This document shows, one piece after another, positions 36,720 to 44,421 of a DNA stretch of 64,000 nt; position 1 is the first letter of the stretch, and every line of letters starts with the position of its first letter. The translations under genes were made by a program, and so were the position numbers. The notes beneath the pieces are model-generated. The model made no database searches. It worked only from the letters and a program-made list of their open reading frames with translations, and was not told where the DNA came from. Origin of the DNA: an uncultured virus (IMG/VR IMGVR_UViG_3300044653_000122) (Duplodnaviria; Heunggongvirae; Uroviricota; Caudoviricetes); IMG/VR virus record IMGVR_UViG_3300044653_000122; one strand, given 5' to 3'.

Positions 36720-37697
36720 CTAATCCTCGAAGTCATCATGGTCCTCGAAGTCATCGTCTCCCGCGTGACGGTTGACGACGAGCACGCGATCCCGATCGGC
36801 TGCGAGGATGACGGCCGGCAGAGATTCCAGGGTGAACTTGGTGTCACCCACCTCTCCAGTCGCGTGATTGACGAGACAGATGCCTGCGTTGATGATCCGA
36901 AGAGTCGTCGAATCGCAGGTGGAAACGTACTGGCGACGTGCGAGACGGTAGGTCACGACCATCTCGTTGCGTTGGTACCCCTTCTTGTGGTCGAGGTACT
37001 CGGCCCCGCCGAGCGCCAGAGCAGCGCGAGCCGCTTGGGCGAAGTCGAGTTGGGCCATGGCACGACGACCCTCCCCCGTGCCAAGCTGCTGAGCGATCTG
37101 TTGTCTTCGCTCTTCAGCCAGCCGCTTGGCCTCTTCCTCCTGACGCCTGCGCTCCTCTACGGCACGCCGACGCTCGGTCTCCGTCCGCATGAACGACTCC
37201 ATGCGGAAGGCTGCATCGAGAGCAGGGAGGACGTTGGGAATGCCTCCAACGTCAGCCTTGCGGTCGAAATAGGCCTGGAGAACATCCGTTTCCGGACCCA
37301 AAGGAAAGTCCTGCGTCTTGTAGACGAGGGGACCATCCTCGAAGGGGCGACCCGCCACGACCCGCACAAAGCGATCGAGGCTGGGGTCGAGAAGAGCAAC
37401 CGGCTCGGAGTAGCCGATGATCTTTGCAGGGTCGGGATCCACGTGCACAGCGTCGGGAACGATGCGGTCCCCCACGAGGTACCCACGGATCTCATGACCG
37501 AGAATATCGGTTTGGGGGTCCGAAGCCTTGTCCAGGAACGCCTTGCGCCCGTTGAGCTTGAAGTTGTACCAGCCGACCTCCTTCGGAAGTCGACCGTCAA
37601 TGTTCCAGGTACGAGCACCCGACCGGAGATCCCTCCCTCCCAGCCAGGGCGAGACCAAGGCCTCATTGCCCGTCTGTAGAAGGTCTCTCCACGACAT
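36720..37697 (-). CDS. hypothetical protein with possible C-terminal E2-like domain
   Basis: coiled coil then beta-rich domain with AGICL..D.KFTLESL; operon context. Confidence 0.6.
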   Translation of the reverse strand: MSWRDLLQTGNEALVSPWLGGRDLRSGARTWNIDGRLPKEVGWYNFKLNGRKAFLDKASDPQTDILGHEIRGYLVGDRIVPDAVHVDPDPAKIIGYSEPVALLDPSLDRFVRVVAGRPFEDGPLVYKTQDFPLGPETDVLQAYFDRKADVGGIPNVLPALDAAFRMESFMRTETERRRAVEERRRQEEEAKRLAEERRQQIAQQLGTGEGRRAMAQLDFAQAARAALALGGAEYLDHKKGYQRNEMVVTYRLARRQYVSTCDSTTLRIINAGICLVNHATGEVGDTKFTLESLPAVILAADRDRVLVVNRHAGDDDFEDHDDFED

Positions 37698-37757
37698 GCT
37701 CATCTCCATCTGGTGGAGGAAAAACCCCACCACCTTCACAGATGGTGGGGTTCCCTG

Positions 37758-39683
37758 TTACGCCGCCTTCGACGACACGGGCACGGAAGCCCAGGCCGGC
37801 TTCTTGAGCAGGTCCGTCTTGAGGATCGTGTCCACGAGGGTCACGCGCGGAACTGCCACCTGCCCGGTGGCCTTGCCGACCGGAGTCGCCGCGATCAGGG
37901 CGCGGATCGTACGCGGGATGGCGTACGGGTCCGCTGCACCTCCGGTTGCGACCTGACCGAAGATACGCTGATCGACCGAGAAGCACGGGATGCCGAGGAC
38001 AGCAGCCGCGTTGGGGACGCACTTGTAGTTCTCGCCCTGGAGTTCGAGGAACCCGAACGCCACGGGGTTGAGCTTCGAGTCGCGGATGGCCGCCACGAGA
38101 CCGTGAGTCTCGCGCTGACCACCGTCACCAACCCAGACCATGATGCAGTCCTCGTCCGGTGCCGGCTTACGCCGGTCCGTGAGCGCCGAACGAACACCCG
38201 CGCTGTGGTCGGTCCCACCCCCTGCGGCGATACCGCGGAAGGCGTTCTCGACGCCAGCCTTGCTCGCGTGCTTGATCTCAACGACACGGCCCGCCGTGTT
38301 GAAGACCACCGTCACCGTCTTGTCCAGGGGGAAGCCCTGGAGGAACTGCGCGATGTAGGTCATCGACGCCTGGATCGACGCGCTCATCGAGCCCGAGATG
38401 TCGATGATGAAGTACACGAAAAGGCCCTTGATGACCTCCGCCACCTGCTTCTGGAGCGCGGTGTCGGCAGCCTGCTGGAGCTTATCCTTGCCCTCCTTCG
38501 ACTTCATGCGGAGCGCGATGTTGGCCGCCCGCATGTTCTCGGCTTCCCGAAGAGCCTTGTCGAGGCGCTCACGGTAGGTCTGGACCTGGAGCAGACCCAG
38601 CTCTTCGATCGTCGGAGCCAGGTTGATCATCTCCGCGTTGGAGATGCACCCCGACTCGATCGCGGCACCCATGATCGCCCTCGTGAGGCCGACACCCTTC
38701 GGCAACATGGCCGAGAGGCGGTTCCACTTCGGGCGGTCCTTGACGACACGTTCGCAGACCTGCTCCTCGGTCAGGCCGTCCCACGTCTCCGCGGCAGCGA
38801 CCTTCTCGTTGAGAGCGAGCTTGCGACGGCCGTCGCTGGACTGCACCTGCTTCCACCGAAGCGTCTGGTAGAACTTCGGCGTGAGCGGGACATACCGAGC
38901 CTGGCAGGCGAGGGAGATGACACTCCAACGCGCACCCGACTTGATGAGCCCTTCGAGCAGCTTGGGGTTACGCTCGCGGTAGGCGAGCCAGCGGTTCACC
39001 GCCTTGGGCCAGCGACCCAGCTCCGGGCGCCGAGCGGACTTGCCAAAGCCCAGCTCGTGGTTGATCTTGGCGATCTGCGGCAGCGAGAGCAGCTCGCGAG
39101 CGCGGACCAGGAGCTTGGCGTTGAAGCCGCCCTTCTCCTTGTCGAGAAGGAACATGGCCTCGCCGACCTCACGGAAGTCGTCGTCGAAGAACGCAAGCTT
39201 GCCGTTCTCCACGACCTCCTGCCCGCAGCGGCTCTGCACGAGCATGAACGCAGCGAGCACGACCTTGAGGTCCCGGTGCTCCTGCCCGAATGCGAACGAA
39301 GCCCAACGGGCCGCGAACTCGTTGTCCAGCTTCCAGACCTCGGCGACCTGCTGGTAGAGCCAGACCGCGACCTCCGTGAAGAAGCCGGGCTTGCGATACT
39401 CGCCGACGCGAGTCGTACCGTTCATGATCGTCTTCTTGTCCGCCGCGAACTCGCCGGCCTTGACCCAGGCCGTCTTCTTGCCGACCTTGCTTCCGAGGTA
39501 AAGGACACGCTTACGCGCGTCTCCCTCGCCCTCGTACTTGGCCTTCGCGAAGGCCCACTTGACGCCGACCACCGAGGTCGGGTCCGGCGTGACCATGCCG
39601 GGGCGGTTGTGAACGCAGTGGTCCACGTAAGGCGTGAGCGACGCGATGATGCGCTCCGCCGGTCCAAGATTCTCGTTCGCCAT
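37758..39683 (-). CDS. Ro60/TROVE-like helical domain + vWA protein
   Basis: long helical region then IIDISGSM, GGTD, VGDG; start placed at MANENL after GGTGTA motif. Confidence 0.65.
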   Translation of the reverse strand: MANENLGPAERIIASLTPYVDHCVHNRPGMVTPDPTSVVGVKWAFAKAKYEGEGDARKRVLYLGSKVGKKTAWVKAGEFAADKKTIMNGTTRVGEYRKPGFFTEVAVWLYQQVAEVWKLDNEFAARWASFAFGQEHRDLKVVLAAFMLVQSRCGQEVVENGKLAFFDDDFREVGEAMFLLDKEKGGFNAKLLVRARELLSLPQIAKINHELGFGKSARRPELGRWPKAVNRWLAYRERNPKLLEGLIKSGARWSVISLACQARYVPLTPKFYQTLRWKQVQSSDGRRKLALNEKVAAAETWDGLTEEQVCERVVKDRPKWNRLSAMLPKGVGLTRAIMGAAIESGCISNAEMINLAPTIEELGLLQVQTYRERLDKALREAENMRAANIALRMKSKEGKDKLQQAADTALQKQVAEVIKGLFVYFIIDISGSMSASIQASMTYIAQFLQGFPLDKTVTVVFNTAGRVVEIKHASKAGVENAFRGIAAGGGTDHSAGVRSALTDRRKPAPDEDCIMVWVGDGGQRETHGLVAAIRDSKLNPVAFGFLELQGENYKCVPNAAAVLGIPCFSVDQRIFGQVATGGAADPYAIPRTIRALIAATPVGKATGQVAVPRVTLVDTILKTDLLKKPAWASVPVSSKAA

Positions 39684-39801
39684 GTTCTGATCCGATCTCG
39701 GCGACACACCTTCGCCGTTTCCTAGTAATACACCGCCGTGGTGCGGGATCCCCGAAGAGATCCGAGATGGCGATGCAGAGGTCCCGAGGAAGCCGGGAAC
39801 C

Positions 39802-39878
39802 TGGTCGGGGAGGGGGGATTCGAACCCCCAACAACGAGCACCCAAAGCTCGTGCACTACCGGGTTGTGCTACCCCCCG
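39802..39878 (-). tRNA. tRNA-Pro(TGG)
   Basis: CGAGC-TTTGGGT-GCTCG, CCA. Confidence 0.92.
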
Positions 39879-39905
39879 AAGTTCTTCTTGTGGACCGAGC
39901 AGGAC

Positions 39906-40175
39906 ATGGATCCGCTCACGCCCCGCGTCGTCCGCCGCTACCTTGCCTTCAAACACCAGCCGAAGGAAACCAAGGAACACAAAGTGGAACGGGTACGGGA
40001 CCTCATCCGCCAGCACACCGGCCTCTCGAAGGGTCAGGCGGAAGCCATCGCCGACGCCCATGTCCGAGGACGTGAGGTCGAGCGGTTGGCCATCCAGAAG
40101 TCCTGGCCCATCGAGCACGGGGCCATCAAAGGCCCGTCCGGTACGCTGGAGCTGTCGAAGCTACCGAAAGATTGA
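39906..40175 (+). CDS. hypothetical protein (MDPLTPRVVRRY N-terminus)
   Basis: shared N-terminal motif; TCTTGT upstream. Confidence 0.65.
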   Translation: MDPLTPRVVRRYLAFKHQPKETKEHKVERVRDLIRQHTGLSKGQAEAIADAHVRGREVERLAIQKSWPIEHGAIKGPSGTLELSKLPKD

Positions 40176-40176
40176 A

Positions 40177-40362
40177 GGATCGCGCCCGAGGTTGTGCAGC
40201 AGTTGTGCCTTTTCAGGACAGCTTCCATTTGCTGTTGCGTCTTCCATTCCGCCACTGGCCCATTTTGGGGGTCCGAAGACCCTTGTGGGCCAGCCTGGAC
40301 TCGAACCAGGAATCCCCTTGCGGGGTTGCTTGTGTGCTTCACAGGATTGCGGGGCGCGATCC
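40177..40362 (-). ncRNA. module RNA 12: module encloses a permuted tRNA
   Basis: GGATCGCGCCCCGC..ACAAGC..T arm..CTGGCCC/GGGCCAG..D arm..CTCGGGCGCGATCC. Confidence 0.8.
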
Positions 40363-40364
40363 AG

Positions 40365-40438
40365 TAGGCATGGGGGGAGTTGAACCCACGACCTCAGCCT
40401 TATCAGGGCTGCGCTCTAACCAACTGAGCTACATGCCT
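40365..40438 (-). tRNA. tRNA-Ile(GAT)
   Basis: CAGCC-CTGATAA-GGCTG. Confidence 0.92.
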
Positions 40439-40460
40439 GTGTAAACAACCTTTCGGCCAG

Positions 40461-40532
40461 TTGGCGCGAGAGGGATTGAACCTCCGACCTTCCCCGTGTC
40501 AGGGGGATGCTCTACCACTGAGCTACGCGCCA
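40461..40532 (-). tRNA. tRNA-Val(GAC)
   Basis: TCCCC-CTGACAC-GGGGA. Confidence 0.92.
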
Positions 40533-40545
40533 ATGAATATCCGAG

Positions 40546-40618
40546 TGGGCCACGTCGGGCTCGAACCGACGACAACCGCCTTGTAAGGGCAGTGCTCTAC
40601 CAACTGAGCTAGCGGCCC
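40546..40618 (-). tRNA. tRNA-Val(TAC)
   Basis: CTGCC-CTTACAA-GGCGG. Confidence 0.92.
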
Positions 40619-40625
40619 GTTCTTG

Positions 40626-40890
40626 TGGGGTCGGCGGGATTCGAACCCGCGTGGATCTCGCAAAGCTGTCGTTTAGGAAACGCGCTTCCCTCACTTGGCA
40701 GTATCGGCCAGACCCCCATGAGTTACCCCATGGGGCAAGTTCCGGTGCATCCGCAACCTTTAACAGCAATTCGACGAGGTAGAGGTCCACCCGAGCAACA
40801 CCCTGTGGACGTGTGCCTCGTCTACTCCGAGAACCCCCTTGCGGGGTACCGTTCCGTTTTACGATCGCCTATCCGCTAGACTACGACCCC
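40626..40890 (-). ncRNA. 265-nt tRNA-shell RNA with large structured insert
   Basis: GGGGTCG/CGACCCC-A, D arm and T arm; about 190 nt replace the anticodon loop. Confidence 0.75.
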
Positions 40891-40918
40891 AAGATTAAGA
40901 TGCGTCAAGACAACCCGC

Positions 40919-41338
40919 TCAACGCGCATCAGTAGGCCCGAGAGGGTTTGAACCTCCGACTTCCTCCGTGTGAAGGAGGCGCTCTACCGCTGAGCTACAG
41001 GCCTGTGTTTCGAGTTCTTCAGGGACTTCAATTGGAGGGGGTTCCTCCTTTTTCCTCAGAAAGATAAGTCCCTCTCCGTCCACCCAGGTCATTGGGGCGA
41101 TGAAAGCCCCATCAAGGGAGGCCCGGTACGTCGCGCAATTCGCCAAGAACTCGGGAACGCGTGGTACCCTGGGCAGGGGGTCCATTTTGTCCGGCAGGAG
41201 CCCCCACAGCTCGGGAACGAACCAGCAGAGATTATGCCCCTCAGCATCCCGGTGCTTGCGGATGCCCGTACGGAGCTTCACCACCTCCGCGATGAGTGCC
41301 TCACGGTCCATGGCCTCTAGGTCGAGATCCAGCTCCAT
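40919..41338 (-). CDS. hypothetical protein (3' end reads through tRNA-Val)
   Basis: ATG 12 nt after GGTGTA motif. Confidence 0.6.
   Translation of the reverse strand: MELDLDLEAMDREALIAEVVKLRTGIRKHRDAEGHNLCWFVPELWGLLPDKMDPLPRVPRVPEFLANCATYRASLDGAFIAPMTWVDGEGLIFLRKKEEPPPIEVPEELETQACSSAVERLLHTEEVGGSNPLGPTDAR
40933..41004 (-). tRNA. tRNA-Val(CAC)
   Basis: CCTCC-TTCACAC-GGAGG. Confidence 0.9.
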
Positions 41339-41363
41339 GGGTTCTCTTTTTACACCGTGGCGA

Positions 41364-41440
41364 TGGTGCCAACGGCGGGATTCGAACCCGCACTGCCCCG
41401 TGTCTGAAACGGGTTACTCTGCCAGTTGGATTACGTTGGC
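41364..41440 (-). tRNA. tRNA-Leu(CAG), short variable loop
   Basis: CCCGT-TTCAGAC-ACGGG, CCA. Confidence 0.85.
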
Positions 41441-41443
41441 GTT

Positions 41444-41520
41444 TGGTCGGCGTGAGAGGATTCGAACCTCCGACCTTCTGCTCCCGAAGCAGACGCGCTA
41501 CCAGACTGCGCTACACGCCG
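41444..41520 (-). tRNA. tRNA-Pro(CGG)
   Basis: TCTGC-TTCGGGA-GCAGA, CCA. Confidence 0.93.
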
Positions 41521-41570
41521 ATGACGACCGGATGAGACAGCGGGGCCGGTCTTCCCTTCTTTGCTGTCTT

Positions 41571-41647
41571 TGGGGTCAGGGGTAGGATTTGAACCTACGG
41601 CCTTGAGCTTATGAGGCTCACGAGCTACCAGACTGCTCCACCCTGAC
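41571..41647 (-). tRNA. tRNA-Met(CAT)
   Basis: TGAGC-CTCATAA-GCTCA, fMet-like D arm, CCA. Confidence 0.88.
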
Positions 41648-41649
41648 AT

Positions 41650-41725
41650 TGGTAGCGGGCACAGGGAGTCGAACCCTGCCGTCCCAAGGTTATGAGCCTT
41701 GGATGAACCGCGTCACTCGCCCGCA
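41650..41725 (-). tRNA. tRNA-Met(CAT), 1:72 mismatch (initiator-like)
   Basis: CAAGG-CTCATAA-CCTTG, CCA. Confidence 0.82.
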
Positions 41726-41726
41726 G

Positions 41727-41799
41727 TGGTCAGGGTCGGAATCGGACCGACGACACCCCGCTCTTCAGGCGGGTGCTCTACCATCTGAGCTACCTGACC
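41727..41799 (-). tRNA. tRNA-Phe(GAA)
   Basis: CCCGC-CTGAAGA-GCGGG. Confidence 0.9.
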
Positions 41800-41815
41800 G
41801 TTGTACATCTAGTAG

Positions 41816-41889
41816 TCGAGGTGACAGGATTTGAACCTGCGATCTTCGGTCCCCCAGACCGACGCTTTACCAGGCTAAGCTACACCTCG
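41816..41889 (-). tRNA. tRNA-Pro(GGG)
   Basis: TCGGT-CTGGGGG-ACCGA. Confidence 0.9.
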
Positions 41890-41941
41890 ATGTTGTTTGC
41901 CGCAAGGGGAACTTGTATCCGGTGTACTAAAGAGAGCGAAC

Positions 41942-42487
41942 ATGGACCCGGAAGACCTGCCCGCCGAAGAGGAAGACTTTCTCGAAGAGGCTCTCCCGTC
42001 CGAGGACAACCTTTCCCAGGACGACGAGGAAGACCCGTCGGAAGAGCTTTCCGATGAAGACCATGAGTCTGAGGCCGACGTTGCGCAACCCCTCGATGAG
42101 GAGTCCCTGGCCAAAGCTGTTGAGGCTTGGGCGGAGGTCATCCATCTCCCCATCCTTCAGCCCGAGGGACCACCTCCTCAGACCCGAGCCGACTGTCTTG
42201 AGGATGGCCCAAACAGCGCCCGCCCGTGCAGGTGGATCACCTGCAAGTGGTACCTGCCTCGGGTGGTTCTTGGCCAACCCCATTCCTGCGCTCTCGACGT
42301 CGCCGACCAGGGAGGGACAACTCTCGAAGTGGTCGGTGAGCTGATGGGCCTGACCCGAGAGAGGGTCCGGCAAATCGAGGCGAAAGCCTTCCGCCGCCTC
42401 AGGGTTAGGGACGGTATGTACGAGAGGAGCATCCTTCAGTCCTTCATCGAAGACACAAGCCACCATCGACGTGGCTTCGTCTATTAG
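41942..42487 (+). CDS. sigma-70 region 4 domain protein with acidic N-terminus
   Basis: TLEVVGELMGLTRERVRQIEAKAFRRLR; upstream Cys cluster. Confidence 0.85.
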   Translation: MDPEDLPAEEEDFLEEALPSEDNLSQDDEEDPSEELSDEDHESEADVAQPLDEESLAKAVEAWAEVIHLPILQPEGPPPQTRADCLEDGPNSARPCRWITCKWYLPRVVLGQPHSCALDVADQGGTTLEVVGELMGLTRERVRQIEAKAFRRLRVRDGMYERSILQSFIEDTSHHRRGFVY

Positions 42488-42498
42488 TGTCATCGGTT

Positions 42499-42573
42499 TG
42501 GTGACCCCTACGGGAATTGAACCCGTTTTCAGTGTTTGAAAGACACTGGTCCTACCATTAGATCGAAGGGGCC
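42499..42573 (-). tRNA. tRNA-Glu(TTC)
   Basis: AGTGT-CTTTCAA-ACACT, CCA. Confidence 0.9.
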
Positions 42574-42574
42574 T

Positions 42575-42650
42575 TGGCGTCCCGTGGGGGATTTGAACCC
42601 CCGTTGCTGCCGTGAGAGGGCAGCGTCCTTGGCCACTAGACGAACGGGAC
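42575..42650 (-). tRNA. tRNA-Glu(CTC)
   Basis: CTGCC-CTCTCAC-GGCAG, CCA. Confidence 0.92.
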
Positions 42651-42659
42651 GTGTCTCAG

Positions 42660-42731
42660 TGATCCCAACGGGATTCGAACCCGTGTCTCCAGGTTGAGAA
42701 CCTAGCTATCCTTCCAGTAGACGATGGGACC
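42660..42731 (-). tRNA. tRNA-Glu(CTC)
   Basis: CTAGG-TTCTCAA-CCTGG. Confidence 0.88.
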
Positions 42732-42860
42732 TTGGCAACTGTGCTGAGCGCTCAGCTTCACACGGATGAGAAGGTCCCCTTCGCACCCGTCAAGGGCTAC
42801 ACACCCAGGGCACGTTCCCCCGAGCGTCCAGTCGCTTCCCTTTGCTCCTCGCGAGAGCAG

Positions 42861-42933
42861 AGCCGGTGAGGAGAGTCGAACTCCTTTAGTCCTCGTTACG
42901 AGTGAGGCGCTCGTCCACACGAGCATCACCGGC
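42861..42933 (-). tRNA. tRNA-Thr(CGT)
   Basis: loop CTCGTAA. Confidence 0.85.
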
Positions 42934-42962
42934 ATTGATTGATGGACCATGTTGGCCCACAG

Positions 42963-43034
42963 CGTCCCGCCAAGGAGTCGAACCTTGCCCTTTCGGTTAA
43001 CAGCCGATTGCTCCGCCTCTTGAGCTTGCGAGAC
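42963..43034 (-). tRNA. tRNA-Asn(GTT)
   Basis: TCGG-CTGTTAA-CCGA. Confidence 0.87.
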
Positions 43035-43039
43035 ATTCG

Positions 43040-43120
43040 CTCCAGGGGCAGGACTCGAACCCACATAAGCTCCGGTAACAGCGGAGTGCACTACCTTGCT
43101 TGCGCTTGTGCTACCCTGGA
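43040..43120 (-). tRNA. tRNA-Asn(GTT), enlarged D loop
   Basis: CTCCG-CTGTTAC-CGGAG. Confidence 0.82.
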
Positions 43121-43433
43121 AAAAAATGAAAGGGCGGAGAGCTTTTCCCGTGAGGGAGTCCAGCCCCCCGCCCCTTCCACGAACTTACAGGAAGGGTGGC
43201 CACGTCTGCGCGAGTCGGTTTGGTCGTCCGACTTTTTGGGCTCCTCGTCTGATCACCCTCCCTCGCGGGCGATGTCAGGCTTGCCCCCGAGGGCTACCGG
43301 GGAGCGCGCGTTTCCGCTTAGGTTCCCCGAAGAGAGTTTGGGCGGCGACGATGGGGGGCGTACCGGCGCTACCCGGTGCCTTTCCACCTGTCCTGCTAGG
43401 TTGTCAAGGATCAGAGACCCGAGGGTCTCTGGG

Positions 43434-43505
43434 TTGGGGGAGGGGGATTTGAACCCCCATTGCCGGTTTCAGAAGCCGGAGTCCTGCCAGTTGGACGATC
43501 CCCCA
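43434..43505 (-). tRNA. tRNA-Gln(CTG)
   Basis: loop TTCTGAA. Confidence 0.85.
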
Positions 43506-43524
43506 GCGTACGAGCTGAGTTATG

Positions 43525-43600
43525 TGGTGAGCCCGGCAGGAATTGAACCTGCTCTGTCGGAGGGTAAGAACCTCCCGCTCTTCCGGTGAGCTACGGGCCC
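43525..43600 (-). tRNA. tRNA-Lys(CTT)
   Basis: GGAGG-TTCTTAC-CCTCC, CCA. Confidence 0.88.
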
Positions 43601-43624
43601 GAGAACCTTCTCTCGAAGGCTTCG

Positions 43625-43696
43625 TGGACCCGGGGGGACTTGAACCCCCAACCATCTGGTTAAAAGCCAGCAGCTCTGCCGTTGAGCTACGGGTCC
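43625..43696 (-). tRNA. tRNA-Lys(TTT)
   Basis: CTGG-CTTTTAA-CCAG. Confidence 0.9.
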
Positions 43697-43762
43697 TCCT
43701 TTCGTTTTGGTGCCCGCTTTCCGGGCTTGCTCTTGCGTTTCATGTCTTCCTCTTTCTCTTGG

Positions 43763-43849
43763 TGGTGCCGCCGTAGGGAATCGAACCCTCTAGCCATAAG
43801 GCCCCGCGTTTACAGCGCGAGTCTGAATCCCAGTCAGAACCCCGTCGGC
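43763..43849 (-). tRNA. tRNA-Tyr(GTA), atypical D arm
   Basis: CGCG-CTGTAAA-CGCG, long variable arm, CCA. Confidence 0.8.
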
Positions 43850-44085
43850 ATGCTTCAAGCCCGGGGTATCGGTTTTCCGACACCTCCCGGGCGACGCTTG
43901 CCAGTTTCTTCGTCCCCTTCTTTTGGATCCTTTCGACTCCCCCGTCAACTCCTAATTTGGGGTTCGTGTTCTTTTTTCTTTGGGGTCTACTATGTAGCTA
44001 CAGACACTTTTCGCGATCTTCCAAGTCACACGCAGGGCGGATCCCTAGCGCGGGAGTTGGGGGTCATGATTGACATTCCGAGGCC

Positions 44086-44170
44086 AGAAACGCCGAAGGC
44101 CGCTTACCCGGGGGAGGGAAGCGGCCTTCTTGGTGCCCTAGTTGGGCTTCCTAAAGAACCGCTTCCCTAC
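44086..44170 (-). promoter_or_regulatory. putative attenuator (terminator/antiterminator pair)
   Basis: GAAGGCCGCTT/AAGCGGCCTTC + GGCGTTTCT; upstream AGGGAAGCGGTT can pair with GGCCGCTTCCCT. Confidence 0.6.
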
Positions 44171-44349
44171 GTACCGACCTCCGGGCGCTCGAAGCGAATT
44201 TCGCGTACGGAGGTATTGGCAGGGGTCGACGTAGCGAGAAGGCTCGAATCCAATCCGAAATACCGCTTCATGGGCTGGGCGCACCACGCCGCTGGCAGGC
44301 TTTTCGCCTGCTGCTGCGTTGCTTGATGCTGGTGCGCCCTGAGTCTCAT
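44167..44349 (-). CDS. putative 60-aa leader peptide containing all 20 amino acids
   Basis: stop codon overlaps the antiterminator segment. Confidence 0.5.
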   Translation of the reverse strand: MRLRAHQHQATQQQAKSLPAAWCAQPMKRYFGLDSSLLATSTPANTSVREIRFERPEVGT

Positions 44350-44421
44350 GTCTGTGCGATTTCCGTTTGGAGTGCGCTCGGTCGTAGGGCCCAGAGGACA
44401 GGTCTGGGTACCTTCATGTGC

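Noticed and set aside
39684..40118. N-terminal extension of the 786-aa ORF
   Set aside because: Crosses tRNA-Pro and an opposite-strand gene; the GGTGTA motif supports the start at 39683
40626..40890. Group I intron in a tRNA
   Set aside because: Weak P/Q-like strings are present, but no R/S (P7) elements and no restorable 7-nt anticodon loop could be found by eye
43121..43400. RNase P RNA
   Set aside because: Conserved GAGGAAAGTCC and ACAGAA..CGGCTTA segments not found
5549..43849. Stop-codon recoding or suppressor tRNAs
   Set aside because: No CTA, TTA or TCA anticodon seen, and recognisable genes are intact in the standard code apart from the HisRS frameshift
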